DNA of 56,209 nt, filler included, from Ionaspis alba (GCA_964255285.1; 2 parts of 2 records of this genome joined end to end with filler, not necessarily neighbours in it); one strand, 5' to 3'. Positions 1-12,530 are shown, counted from the first letter of the whole stretch. Numbers and translations: made by a program. Notes: generated by a model from the letters alone, not told the origin.

Positions 1-1468
1 AGGGTGGGGTACATGGAGTGGGAGGAGTGGTTTGAGGTGACGGATGTTGGGGAGCGGCCTGAGGTGTAGGATTCCGTTGAGTCGGGAGTCAGGTCGGGGG
101 TGGTCATTGTTGTGGAGTGCACGTTCGGGAGCTGCATTCCTGGAGGCGAATTTGAGTTGCGTAGGCTGAGACCGTGGTTGTTCGAGCTCATGTGCGGTGG
201 GTTGACGTGAGTGGTGTTGGAGTGCTCGTAGGTTGCTGTGGTCATTTGATCGAGGTATTGGTCCATGGCCATTAGGTCGGCTTTGGTCCGCAAGTTGGGC
301 ATTGGTAGCGAGTAGTGCATTTGAGCTGTGGGTCCGTAGACACCGCCTCCGTGGCTTTGGGAATGTCCGTTGATGGCGAGGGGTGCAGGCTGGTAGTCGG
401 GCATGCTTGCACTTGGGGTGTATGCTGGCATAGGAAGGCTTTGGATGGATGCTAGGTGGCCGCTGAAGTCAGCGTACGAAGTTGTGTCGACGCTACGGTG
501 CTTGAGGAGTCCGAAGAAATTGTTCAAGTGATCGGCCTGGCGCTTGCGTGATTCGAATGTGGCTGCTTGGTTACCAACCTCGCCACCTCCGTTTCCGTAG
601 TAGACTGGTGCATAAGAAGCCGTGTTCTGCGCTTGTGTGGGTGCGTAATAGCTCTGGCTAGTATTGCCGTTGCCGCCGTGTGCTTGGTATCCATAGGCCA
701 TGGGCATGTTGGAGGGCATCGATCCATCACCATAGTATGCAGCTGTTGCTTGCAGAGTCAGCTTTGTGTTCATGTAGCGGAGGTTCTGCTTCGCTTCGTG
801 GTAGAAATTGATGGAGTAACCACACAACGCGAGACATGTGGAGCGGTGTCAGAGAAATCATGGATGCAGTTCTCCAATCTATCATAGAAAAAAACAACAG
901 AAGATGTAGTGGAAAGGAGCTCACTCACGTCTCGGCTGACCACCCATACTTTGGTAAGGTCCACCCTGATGATGACGATTCGCACCAGAGGGCTCCGGCG
1001 ACCTCGCAACGACCGTGTCATCGGCGTGAGTCTTGACATGCTTCTTCAAGTCCTGGGGACGCTTGAAGCACTTGCCACAGAAGTCGCATTTGTGAGGTTT
1101 CAACGGGACATGGACACGGATGTGGGAAGTGATGTGGTCGCGTTTGACCGTGGTCGTATGGCAATTCCCCCATGCACACGTCAAGTTGAGGTTATTCGTA
1201 CTCTTGCGGCCAACATGACGCTCGCAGACATGATCCTGTAGTCGAGATGTCAGTGCCAAGCTACCTCTGGGCATTTCCTTGGACGTCAAGGCTTCGAACT
1301 CACATAAAGCTGCTCTGCGCTGACTGCGCGATCTCCACATCCAACCCACTGACACTGGAGGTTATCAACCGCGCCAGCTGTAGTGGGAGTCGCTGGAGCT
1401 GCGGCTGCTTGCTGCAGTTGTTGAGTCGCAGTATTTGAGGCACCCTGCTGAGGGCTTTGCTCTGCCAT
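1..1468 (-). CDS. pacC: pH-response C2H2 zinc-finger transcription factor PacC/Rim101 (3' end runs off the window)
   Basis: ATG at 1468. Three zinc fingers: [79 protein letters not shown] introns at ~1238-1305 and ~743-927; frame stays open to base 1 ([17 protein letters not shown]). Confidence 0.97.
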
Positions 1469-2073
1469 CTTCCCTCGAGATTGATAAGTGATTTCCTCTG
1501 CCAAGACCGTATCGGAACGGGACGTCAGGCTCCGTAGCACACAAAGGATTATCAGAGTTATCTGATGCACGAGAGCTTCAAGAAAGTCTTGTGTACTGCT
1601 TGGGTTGAATGGAGAGGATGGAGAAGAGGTATTGGAAGATGCGAAGAACACAAACGTAAATGGAGAAGTGAAGAGAATTTAGCGGGGATGAGGGATGGCA
1701 ACAGCCGCCGGGGGTGGTCGCTGTTATGTGTGTCGGTGGTTCAACACTTTACGGGTCCTCACTTTTGGTTTGGCACACGAGACTCCTTCCTTCTCAGAAG
1801 AGGCTGGCTACACAGGACCACTTAAGGGCGCGGCTTCCACTGGAGCGAGACTAGGATTACTCCGTGCTTGTATTTTAATTCCATCCAGTCTGTCCTATCC
1901 TGCGGCTACGGAGTACATTATTTCCACTTTACTCTGCTTCTATTTTGCACAGCCTCCTTTGATTATGCTCGGCCCAGCTGACACGGTGAATGGATGGACT
2001 GGACGCAAGAAGTAACATGGTTTCTCACCCCCTCGCCTTCTCGCCTTCTCGACGCTGCAAATATCGTGCTCGA

Positions 2074-2144
2074 GCCAAGGATTGTGAGTGTCTAGCCTCT
2101 TGGCGCCAAGACTTGGCGTTTTTAGTCCCTTGGCATGTCTTGGC
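2074..2144. promoter_or_regulatory. Cluster of six PacC consensus sites (GCCARG) upstream of pacC
   Basis: GCCAAG at 2074 and 2105; CTTGGC at 2099, 2112, 2129 and 2139. 2099-2110 is the perfect palindrome CTTGGCGCCAAG. Confidence 0.85.
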
Positions 2145-2526
2145 TCTTGCGATTCCCGCCGTGGCCCGCTCCTCTCTCGTGCTTTGAGAAATCCCTTTCC
2201 GAACATCCAGCTGACGTGTTCCCGATGGGCGGAATTGCTTGGTCTTTCTTGGTCTTCTTCCAAGACTTGGAGCTGAATGTTATGGAGAGAGCATCACTCA
2301 GCGACACAGTCTCGCGTTACAACAACGGCGCTTCATGGAGCAAACTGAAGATGTAATCGCATAGCTCGTCTCAGCCACCGGCTTACGAGCGAAGTAGGCT
2401 GCTTTCGATGTCTTTCTATTAGCGACCGAACGTTCCTTTATTCATGGGAACGTGGAGTGAAACAAAAGAGCCTTTGCATAGTAATGTCCTATAGGAATAT
2501 CTAATGATGAATTACAAATCACAGTC

Positions 2527-4902
2527 TTAAGCGTCCGTTGCATCTTGTCTCCGCCCTTTCATCCAACACTCTTTGCACAAGCATCTCATCAGACCTTCTT
2601 TACTGTATATGTACCAACGAGCACCTTTGTCTTCAAGGTCTTCCTCACATTTACTGCATGCCTTGAGACACTGTCTATGATGAATCGAATCATTAGGTCC
2701 TCGCATACTCTCAGAAAAAAGCAAAGGCTCTCCACAAGAAACGCACGGATCTGGAGAATATCCGATCGGTACATGTGCCGTTGACGGTGTAGTACTCTTC
2801 GAGAACAGTGTTGGTAAGCTGGGCAGGTACTCAGGTCTCATGAAAGCAGTCATTATGCTACTATTTGACCTTTTCCGTTGCCCCACAGATAGTGTTGGCC
2901 TTGCGAGACCAGGAAGCATCTGCGTAGCAATATCTTGTCGTCCAATCTGTCTTGTAGCAAGAGCAGTCATGCTCAGCTTCTTCTTTAGTCGTTCGAGCAT
3001 GGGCTTAGCTCCCTGTGCCATGCAAGTTCGATGGTAGGGAGAAGAAGCTCCGACCCATGTCCAGTCTACCATGCTGTCCGTTGGGCGGTAGAGCTGGCGA
3101 CAAGAGCGGCAGTGGATGCAAGCTGAATGGTAGAGATTGTTGTTCAAGCCATCAACAACAGACTGGTCTCGATCCTGCCTTAGCTTTCTGAATCCTCCGT
3201 CGTTGCCGTCCCGGAGAGTTACTTCTTCCTCGCAAATTGGACAGATCTTTCCCACTTCTTCGTCTGGTGCTGGTGATTTGATGTTATACTTCTCTTTGTA
3301 CTCTCTGCTTTGAAGAGAGGCATCCCGCCGGGATCTCGAAGGTCCCTGTCCTTGGCCCTTGACCTCACTGCCTCCGGTATACGGATTCAGGCCAGGGGAA
3401 GCACCGTGGCCCCAAGAGCTTTCAACTGCAGGTGTCAAAGGAGATCTAGGATTCTGGAAGAAAGGGAAAGAAGAGAGTTGTTTCGGTGGCACGATCTGCC
3501 GTTCAGGGTAGTTATGCTTGAAATGCGTCTCGTTCACCGTTTCTAAGCTTGTCTGAGGCGAATCGTCGACCAGCGAATCCACCTTGTCCGACGGCGCAGG
3601 TTTTTCGAGCATTCTCAATTCGATCCCATCAGCTGATACCAGGTCCGGCGAGCTTGGCCCACTAAACAGTGGCGTTTGATACGGTAAGTATGAATGCACA
3701 GAGGGACTGCGGCCGAGCGAGGGACGATTGGAGGGTAGCTGAAGCATCCATTTAGGGAGAGGGCGATGCTTTTTGGGGGTGAAGGAGTGAGGAGCGTCCA
3801 GAGGTTCGAAGATGGAGACATGTGTCGGGCGAGCGAATGAGAACTGCGATGTATCGTGCTCCTCACTCGACATGGGCCTATTCTCCGAAGGGTGCCGGAG
3901 AGTAGTAGCACCTAAGACGGCCCGCTCTTCTCTGATCTTTCTTCGCTTCTTGGTTGCTTTTCTCGTAAGGTCCATTTCACTTTCCACTCGTGACCTCTTG
4001 TGGAATGAACTTAGTGAAGAGCTGCGCTTTGGTGTCCTCGGATTTTCGATGTCGGCAACTCGTCTCATCTGATGCAGAATCTCCGACGCTGTTGACTTCA
4101 AGTCTTCTGCCTGGTCTTGCCACCGCTCGATGGTCGGATTCTCGGGAGGCTCAGGCCTGTTGGCCTTATCTTCTACCACTTCCCAGTCGATAACGCAAAG
4201 GTCGCATATCGGAGGGTGGTGCAAATCAATGCCGTTGCGGTCTTCGGTCCATGGTGGAGGCTTCATAGGTGTCTGCATGCGTTGATCGTTAGCTTTAGAC
4301 TGACCAAGCATTGACAGAAGTCGAATATCGATCTGAAGACCCATGCGCACATAGGGCTGATGCTTTCTGAACATGCGGCCAAGACTGTATCTCGAGACGC
4401 AGCGAATTCTCACCTTACAGATCAGACAGCTCAAGCACCCCCAATGCCACCAACACCAGCCGAATCCCACTCTTTCTTCCTCCCTTCCTACGACCTCACC
4501 ACACGTCCAGCATATGGAGAGATCGTAGATCCAAACCCAGCAGTCCTTGCAGAAAACTCGGCCGTCCCCGCCATTCTTGTGACGAATATGGCGTCCGGGT
4601 AGAGTGTAGGGTCTGCTTTTCGCAGGCAGAGGGAAATGGCAGAGAGTGCAGTTGTAGAAGGCCTTTCTCTCCCGGTGTTCTCCTGCGCTCGTGGGAGCGA
4701 TTCCAAGCGAATAGCTGCGAACCACCGTTTGCGAATAATCTTTTGCATTGCCATCAAAACGAGGTTCCTTCCTTCGCTTCACATTGGTGATAAGCGGTCT
4801 GGGAATCAGAAGCGTGTCAATAGGCGAGGAGGAGGAGATAATCGGGACTTTTGATAGCGCTGGACTGGACCGGGCTTTGGAAAGGTCGCCTGAACGCGCC
4901 AT
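2527..4902 (-). CDS. LIM-domain (Cys/His zinc-binding) protein with low-complexity linkers
   Basis: LIM-like spacing in CWTC..HWGCLSCLIC..CDLC, CPIC..YHSACIHCRSC..YHRTC and CVSC..HHRQCLKACSKC..CKEC. First ATG at 4902; likely 141-nt intron 4273-4413. Confidence 0.8.
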   Translation of the reverse strand: MARSGDLSKARSSPALSKVPIISSSSPIDTLLIPRPLITNVKRRKEPRFDGNAKDYSQTVVRSYSLGIAPTSAGEHRERKAFYNCTLCHFPLPAKSRPYTLPGRHIRHKNGGDGRVFCKDCWVWIYDLSICWTCGEVVGREEERVGFGWCWWHWGCLSCLICKVRIRCVSRYSLGRMFRKHQPYVRMGLQIDIRLLSMLGQSKANDQRMQTPMKPPPWTEDRNGIDLHHPPICDLCVIDWEVVEDKANRPEPPENPTIERWQDQAEDLKSTASEILHQMRRVADIENPRTPKRSSSLSSFHKRSRVESEMDLTRKATKKRRKIREERAVLGATTLRHPSENRPMSSEEHDTSQFSFARPTHVSIFEPLDAPHSFTPKKHRPLPKWMLQLPSNRPSLGRSPSVHSYLPYQTPLFSGPSSPDLVSADGIELRMLEKPAPSDKVDSLVDDSPQTSLETVNETHFKHNYPERQIVPPKQLSSFPFFQNPRSPLTPAVESSWGHGASPGLNPYTGGSEVKGQGQGPSRSRRDASLQSREYKEKYNIKSPAPDEEVGKICPICEEEVTLRDGNDGGFRKLRQDRDQSVVDGLNNNLYHSACIHCRSCRQLYRPTDSMVDWTWVGASSPYHRTCMAQGAKPMLERLKKKLSMTALATRQIGRQDIATQMLPGLARPTLSVGQRKRSNSSIMTAFMRPEYLPSLPTLFSKSTTPSTAHVPIGYSPDPCVSCGEPLLFSESMRGPNDSIHHRQCLKACSKCEEDLEDKGARWYIYSKEGLMRCLCKECWMKGRRQDATDA

Positions 4903-5200
4903 TACTGCTGAAAAGAATAGAACGTCTGTAAAGGCAATGATAAACGAATGATGAGTATACGTGATGCATGCTAAAGGGCTGTAGAATTTCAATTGGCAGC
5001 TCTAAGTTCGACTAACTAAACTCTGCGGAAAGAAAGAACGATGGCAACTAGCCTAATGACAATCCATGCCCACCCAACAGAGAACATCACAAGAGGTGAG
5101 AACGACAGACACAAGTCCAATTGACAAACGTAGAGATCGTCCACCACCAGTCAAGTGATATAAACAAGAATTACCATCCAAAAGTTCGAGGTTTCCAGGC

Positions 5201-5761
5201 TTACCACCCCCAGTAACCCTTGACCAAGTAGGCTCCATATCCAGCCATTCCAAGCAGCCAGGCTTGAGTGCCGAAGAACCCAGCCGGCCTTCCAGGACCC
5301 ACTGCATCCTTCCCATAGAGCCCAATCTCAACGTGTGCGATTCTCAGAGCCAATAGAGTCGCAAGTCCATAGTTAAGTACCGTCGAGCTCGCACCGTTCA
5401 ATTCTGCAAAAGCGGCGAGGATGAAGGCATAAGGAACGTTCTCGACAAAATTTGCTTGAGCACGACTCGAGAGTCGAAGTTCCTGGGGTGTCACTTTGCT
5501 GTCTGTGGCAGTCTTGTCTTTCGGGGCTTCGTCACCGACGTAGTGATCGAGCTGGATACGATTGTAGACGACGCGACACGAGAGATAGGTGAGGTATGCC
5601 GTGAACGGTACAGTCCATGTGGAGCTGATGGCTGTGTGACAGTCAGTCGGGTAGTGACGATGAGTGCAACCACCCAGAGCCGAATGCAGCCCCTCGTGTT
5701 ACTACTTACGAAGTAATTTTGGGATAAGCACCGGGACGCCGAGGCCAACATTTGAAGTCAT
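5201..5761 (-). CDS. MAPEG-family membrane protein (microsomal GST-like)
   Basis: MTSNVGLGVPVLIPKLL, GTAAGT intron, then PISSTWTVPFTAYL..SRAQANFVENVPYAFILAAFAELNG..LRIAHVEIG. The RAxxNFxENVP and RxxH motifs and the hydrophobic helices are typical of MAPEG. Confidence 0.88.
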
Positions 5762-6712
5762 GGTTCAATGGATGTCGCGAAGACTGCGAATACCCTATTC
5801 AGTAGATCTGTATGTCGATGTTTAAATGTGTTGGGTTAAAGCACGAGAGAGTCGTAGAAGCAGGACAGGTAATGCCCAGGACGAAAGGAAGCAATTACGT
5901 AGAACTGCAGGGTCTGGTGTCACCTGGCCGGGGTTTGAGAGCTGGTCTCATATTGTGCTGCCACGACTTGATTGTGATGCTGGGTCATAGAGAAGCTCAA
6001 TTATACGCTGAGTCTATACAAACCAGAGTGTCCCTATCACTAGACACCTCGATAGCCCATTGCAATCACACCTTGAGGAAGGATCTCCTAAGGACCTCTA
6101 GATCATAAGCACAAAACAGGCCATGGCTTTTGCCTTCCACTCTCGTATCTCGGCTGTTTCATGCATCGCGTCTAGCCCGTGATCCGCCGGCTATCCGAAG
6201 TACTGAGAAAACTAGGTAGCCAGCGTTGAGGTGCAAGATGATGAAATTTCTAAGTACCTAAAAGGTAGGAAGTACTACCTGGGCTACGCTATTAACGGTG
6301 AAACTATTGTCCGCCCTGCTTCCCTCTTTCCGTCCTTGACAGTACCCCTTTTGCGCAACTATCTGACACAAAGATCTTTCTGGACCGGAACTCGGTCAAG
6401 CTACGGTTTGATGAAGCCAAATTTAAAATTACAGGTATATTTCAAAGTTAGGATTCCCTATTTCTTATTCACTTCGGGCATGTGAAAGGATCGGATCTAG
6501 AAAAAAATGGGTCGAAATGTCCTTTTTCACCTTCAATTGGGCTTACATTGCAACTCTTGGACATCCTAGCAGCCCATTGTATATATCCTTTGGCGTCCAC
6601 AAGCCCGTCTCTTGAACAGCGAAAGGTCGGAATTCCGCTTTGCTTGTCCACCTCAAGCTGTGAAAGAGGCTCATTGCGCTATGTTGTGTACTGTTATCGA
6701 ATTCTCACGAAT

Positions 6713-7525
6713 CTACTTCTTCAAGTGCCCAATTTCACCCTCCCATTTCCATTCCCATGCTCTCAGAAAGGTACTCTCGCTTTCATAATCCTTCAAGCCA
6801 GCATAAAACCTTGCTCCCATCCCTTTGAGAATCTCGCACCGTTCCTCCATTGTCTTCGCGAGCTTGACCTTTGCCGCATCGGCAGGCACAAGATTAGCCT
6901 CCTCAATGATGCCCATCCAATTAGTATCGCAATCGAGTATCCAAAATGCGCCAACGCCTGCGCTGGCATTTGCAGCAGCGTGTTCCCATCCGACCTTTAT
7001 CCACCTCCTCTCCCTAAGCGTCGGCTCCGCTACCCTTCCTTCTTCTACATCCTCAACGAATGGCTGGATTCCCGCGGCAAAATGATCCACAAACTGGTAT
7101 CGCTTCTCGTTGTCCCACCATTTGGCGCCTAGGAGGAGCAGGCACTGGCAGAAGGCGTCTTCTTCGTCCTCGTCGTCCTGCTGCTGCTCCTCCTCCCCCT
7201 CAGCTAGCTGCGATCCTCCTGTATCATTTTCACTACTCGCGGTTCTGGAGTCAAATTGGTTCTTATCGTCCCGTCTAGATGCTGTGGCGGCGGAGCGTAA
7301 CCGCCGTGTCAGAGACGGGTTTGTCGTGCTCAGACCGAGGAACGTGAAGTCGACGTGCGTTGCGTCACTGAGGATGATGACGCCCCCACGCGACGGCCAG
7401 CCGAAGATGGAGACGCTGGTATCGGTAAACTCGACACGGCGGGTGGAGTTGGTGGTCGGTTTGCGCGGGCCGCAGCTGGGACCTTTCTTTAGAGCGGAGC
7501 TGTAGCGAGAGGGAGGCGTGCGCAT
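6713..7525 (-). CDS. Hypothetical fungal protein, intronless
   Basis: Long ORF, probable ATG at 7525 (MRTPPSRY). Globular-looking blocks IFGWPSRGGVIILSDATHVDFTFLGL and EDAFCQCLLLLGAKWWD flank an acidic linker. No recognisable domain. Confidence 0.7.
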   Translation of the reverse strand: MRTPPSRYSSALKKGPSCGPRKPTTNSTRRVEFTDTSVSIFGWPSRGGVIILSDATHVDFTFLGLSTTNPSLTRRLRSAATASRRDDKNQFDSRTASSENDTGGSQLAEGEEEQQQDDEDEEDAFCQCLLLLGAKWWDNEKRYQFVDHFAAGIQPFVEDVEEGRVAEPTLRERRWIKVGWEHAAANASAGVGAFWILDCDTNWMGIIEEANLVPADAAKVKLAKTMEERCEILKGMGARFYAGLKDYESESTFLRAWEWKWEGEIGHLKK

Positions 7526-9411
7526 GGTCGAATGGACAATGATGAATCGTCGAGCAATGCGGTCGTAGTGAGATAGGATTCGAAATGAGAGGTGGGTAAT
7601 CTCCTTGGCGGAGGTAAAGATGCGTGGATGGAAGACTTGAAAGATTGATTTGGCTGCAAGGCTTTGTATTGGTCGCTTGGGCAGGAGCAACAGGAGCCTG
7701 TCCAAGGTAACTGTGGTGGCCAGCGACGCCCAATGAAGAGTTGTCCTGGAAGTACAGTGCAATCTCACTTGCAGGCGCAGCCCCTTGTTATCTTCTCTAT
7801 TTCAGGTCCGAATGCTTCGGATTTCAGACGCCGCTGGCAAGCTTCAATAAAGACGTACCCTTAGCGTACCCGCCAAATCTTCAGGATACAAACCCACCCG
7901 CAAGAGACTGCTTACCACGTAATAAACGATGGATATGATGATTAATTGATCGAGAGGCACGGGTCAATGCTCATGAGAAGCATCTCGATGTTTGATGTAG
8001 AAGGCTGAATGGGTAGCAATCACTTTGAGCTTCCGCATCGTACAATGAACCTTGAAGGACATCCTCAAGCGCAATCTCCATTGCAGTTTAACCAATCTCG
8101 CAAAAGGGTCTCTGTGCCACCAGCCTTACAGAGCTGACATACGCAACGTCGTCTGCGGATGTAGCCCGATGCCCCTTGAAATAAAGTACGTCGCGATCTT
8201 CACTGGATCGCAACAACTATTCTTAAGATGTTGGACAGGAAACACATGCAAGGTTGCGCCATGTTATTATATCCCACCACATCTTTTGCGTTTCATCAAT
8301 TCAGAAAGGCCGCCGCAAGATCAATAACCCTGAACTACGCATTACTAGTGGCTAATTCTCAGCCACCTCCAGGCAGCTGCGGGTCTGGATATTAACCTGC
8401 CTGACACTCCTGGAAATGTGAAGCACATACCTACGTCTGGGTTAACGAGTACATGCATGGTTACCATTGTGTTTCATGTGCCTCTCCTCATCCACCAAGA
8501 CGACGACTATGAAAATCCTGAGCTCAACTCCAACATCTCGCCCGGCCCCCAAGAATTCTCAGGCCTCCGCGTTCTCCATCGGGCTCATTCAAGGTGATGT
8601 AGATCAGAGCGGCGATAACTGTTTCATATACGCTCCTCGACATTTCTTCGGCGGACCGCCTTGCACATTAGGGCAGCGCCGTACAGATACGAGGCTGATG
8701 GCAGGCGCTATAATACTTGAAAATGGCCAAAGGTTGCGAATACCTCTCATTCAATCAGGCAATCTTACCTGCTTTAGGTACTTTGCATTGCCTGCAAAGG
8801 CTTGCGCTGAGGTGAGCGGCGATGATGATATTCTGACTCGGGAGTAAGGGTCATGAACCTCAAACAGGCCTTACGCATCCTCGAGCAATCCGGACGGAAT
8901 TTGATGAAGATATACAATCTCTCCTACCATCAAGGGGCGCCTTTATTCCCCCAAAATAAACCGAATGGGAAGCTTACGGAACTGTGCCATCCCTTCAGTC
9001 GTTATACAATGCCTCACACTGCCCCTGCCTCCAAACTGTGTAACTTTATATCCCTGGAGAAGGATTCTTCGTGCGGTTAGCCCACTACTCCGACATCATT
9101 GGATATCAGTCAATGGATTGTATGTGCCTCAAGTTGGAGATGTGAAACCGTGGCGAGGTACAGAGCTTGCGAAGTATGTCCTGGAATTTTTCCCAAGCAG
9201 GGTAAACCGTCAGCTCGAAGGCGTTGCAGCTCTCATCTATTGAGATTCTCAGATGTATAAATGGATTTGCTGAGACCTCTTGTAAAAGGGCATGGTCTCG
9301 ATCAGTCCTGTATCCTCTACAAAGTGAATCAGATCTTGAGAAGCCAAACCTTCAATGATACGTTATATCGGCCTTGGGCATACACAGCAAGTGTCTTAAG
9401 GCAGCCTGAAG

Positions 9412-11765
9412 ATGCTGTCGAAAAAGAATGCTGTGACCTTCTTTGTTGCCCTTTCATCGTTCTTCTCGTACGCGACCGCAGACTTGGCCGAATACAAAAA
9501 CCCCGATGGAAAGACCATCTGGGATGAAGCACCTAATTTCAAAAACGATTCAATTCAACCCTACCCGGATCTCAAAGGCCCAAATGGTGAAGATTTGACT
9601 ATTACAAACCTCCGTGGCGTGCATCTATACGGCTGGAAGGGTTGCTCAGGGGAAGAGGGCAAATGGATTCAGGAGGCTTACAATGACTTTTATAAACTTG
9701 CACAACAGGCTGAACTTTACAACAACATCGACTGGAACGACCAGGTAAACAGATCCTCTTTCAGACACTATGTCACAATTCGCCGACTTTTTTACGTGTT
9801 TCCAAATCTTGAAAAGAAATTATAAAGGCTTACTTTAGCACCACTTACAGGTAATCAAAGACTTCTTTGGCCCAAATAGCAACAATTACAAGATACCTGA
9901 TGATACACGAGCGGAAATAAAACGTAGGTGGACAACGTTGACAAGCCGCCAAAGCGCTGACGCATTCGTTTTAGAAATATACGCGGCAGCTCAACAGGTG
10001 TACAATTATCCTTGGACTTGGCAACCACCTTGGCTGGGCTGGAGACAGCTTTGGATCGAGGTTGGATCTAATTCTCAATTTGGCTAAGGTCTACTGACAC
10101 CTGTGCGCAGGTCCGATGCAGTGGCAATGACGGCGATGGTGATCCTGATGACAAATGCGGAGATAGAGCCCATCAGCCTCCGCAGTGTCCACCAAACGAT
10201 CCTAGAGCACCAGACGATGACGAAGATCAGCGACTAGAAGCTTTCAGTGAACCCAATCTACGATACAGTCGCATAACATTTTGCTCCCAATTCTTCGATT
10301 TGCCTAGTCTGACGGAAGCCATGGATAGGTTTAAAAACAAACCCAGAGTAGACCAGGATAACTTGGAGAATTGGAACAACAGAGCCCGATGTTTTTTCCA
10401 CGAAGTCACACACTTGGACTATTTCATGAATGCCAACGATGCCAGAGACGACAGCAAAAGCCCAGAAGTCTTTGACGCTCAATTCAAGTACAAGACTGGT
10501 GGACAAACATACAAGGCTGAGGCCTATGGCCCCTTTTATGCCAAGATGATGAGAAATTATATCCCCAAGCAAAAGAAGTATATCGGTTACTACACCCAAA
10601 GGAATGGTAAGTACCTCTCTATGTTCGTTCCACTTTCGCTCGACTAATCATCTCCCCTTCAGCGGATACTTATGCATATGTTGCGCTTGCAAAATATGTT
10701 CAGAAGGCAATCGGCAGGTGAGGATCTGTACTAACTCCAGGTGAATGTTACGACTCTGACCAAGTTAATTAGATATCCACCGAACCCTAATCCAGGGAAA
10801 ATCAGACCAATTGGGCCTCCTAGGAAATCACCAAGTGGAGATCCGCTGTTTACGTCAGATATCGGTACCGACGAGGCGGGCGACACCGCCAACGAGGCTC
10901 TTATAAGTGGAGACGAGAACACAAATCACGTACCAGGTTTCCACATCCCTGGATGTGGCGATAAGTACGAGGGAGCTGCTACTACGAGCCAATCTCCAGG
11001 TCAATCACCTAGCCCATCAACCGGACAACCGCCTAGCCCATCAACCGGACAATCGCCTAACCCATCAACCGGGCAACCGCCTAGCCCATCAACCACGCAA
11101 CCCCCGGAAGAACCAGGTGAGTCAACATTTTCATCATCAGCATCAACATATATTTGACTAATTCAATATATCCTTGCAGGTCGCTGGCATTACAAATACG
11201 GCGATGCATCCAAGGGAGAATGGGCTATGTATATCCAGCCAGGTCGTACAGTAGGCAGAAAGAAAGCCGAACGATCAAGCGTCAAAGTCAAGAGACTTGG
11301 AGGCCCTGTGCCACTGCCTACCGGCCCATCGGCCGATGCAGAGGTGAGTCTATTAATTCCCCGGATCATTCCTCATCCCTCACCACCCTTCTTCTCTTGC
11401 TCTATCCATTCCCCCCTCTCCACCCGCGCCGACGGTTATGATTGAACTATAACTGACCCCTCCCTCTTACTCCCCTCTAGCTCACCACCTGGATCCAAGA
11501 TGGCGCAAACAGCAAGCAATTTGGCCCCTTTAAAATCGACTGCAAGAAACCCCAGGACGAGTGGCAAGGCTTCGACCCCAAGGACACTGGCCTTAAGTAC
11601 ACGCTCAGCATCCAATCGGGTCACGCCTGCACGCTTTCCGACAAAAATCTGGATTGGGTGGGGCTTAAGTATGCGAATATTGGAAATGTGGCAGTGTCCA
11701 GTAATAATAAGTGCTTCGGGGCTGAAAAGCAGGGGGCGAGTTGTGTCATTAAGATAGACCCGTAA
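9412..11765 (+). CDS. Secreted zincin metalloprotease (HExxH, aspzincin/M35-like) with Pro/Ser/Thr linker and Cys-containing C-terminal domain
   Basis: Signal-peptide-like MLSKKNAVTFFVALSSFFSYATA; ITFC, FFHEVTHLDY, D..AYGP and RN|ADTYAY motifs. About 8 exons joined by GT-AG introns; ends SCVIKIDP-TAA at 11765. Confidence 0.8.
11002..11100 (+). repeat. 24-bp coding tandem repeat, about 4 copies (Q[S/P]P[S/N]PSTG)
   Basis: Unit CAAYCRCCTARCCCATCAACCGGR repeated four times in the protease linker. Confidence 0.9.
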
Positions 11766-12530
11766 GCTGAAAGTGCTATCAAAAGATGACGGGGGACGTA
11801 AGGGGGAAGAAAGACGCTAGAGCCTGCTAGAGGAGCACAGATAGTGGGAATTTGCACTCTTTTCGGCGGTAAGAGATTGATTGTACGATATGAGAGTTAT
11901 TTGTGGAGGCGCTCGTAGGATGATAGATGGAGACGGTGCAGGTGTTGTACTACCGCCCGCTTGGGCCGATACACAGCGCTATCTTCGCTATGGGTCAAGT
12001 GACGGACATTTTGCAGGGCGAGCTTCTAACTTGGGATGGAGCGGAGAAATGCTTTATATCAAGCTGTAGGCAGACATATTTCTGCCTTCCTGTCAGTCGT
12101 CGGTTGATCAGTGAGGCATGGTGGCAGTATGACGACAGAGCCCTTGCTCGGGACTATAAAGACACACCTCATCTTGAAGCAAAAGTACGTAGGTGTGGGT
12201 CCAGGGCAGCCCTAGCCAAACTCATGAGGATCAATATCATACATGATTCGTCCGCTGTATAAGGCAGTGCAATCCGAACGACTGTAAAACTGAAAGGTGA
12301 CGGAAGAGATATTGAATACCCTCTGAAGTTCAAGGACTTTCGTGGGCCAATCACCATGATGATGTGAAAATTAAAGAACTTTGGAAGACAACAAGATGTT
12401 TATGCGATGAAAAGGCAATGTATGACACGATAGGGGGGTGTTAAGGGCGTCAAAATCGGCTAGACTAGCATTTACAATTCAGCAATTGGAAAACATTCAT
12501 AGCTAACAGAGGGAAAATCCGGGACATAGA

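Noticed and set aside
743..927. pacC intron 2 with a doubled donor GTGAGTGAGC, suggesting a stwintron
   Set aside because: I found no internal acceptor that would regenerate a valid donor after a first excision.
1469..1651. In-frame open extension upstream of the pacC ATG
   Set aside because: No AUG, pyrimidine-rich 5'-UTR-like composition, and nothing supporting non-AUG initiation.
11927..12262. ORF with a faint ankyrin-like PIHSAIFA segment; also short ORFs at 16656-17236 and 36323-36673
   Set aside because: Single weak motif or none, and no splice or domain support; at most decayed relics.
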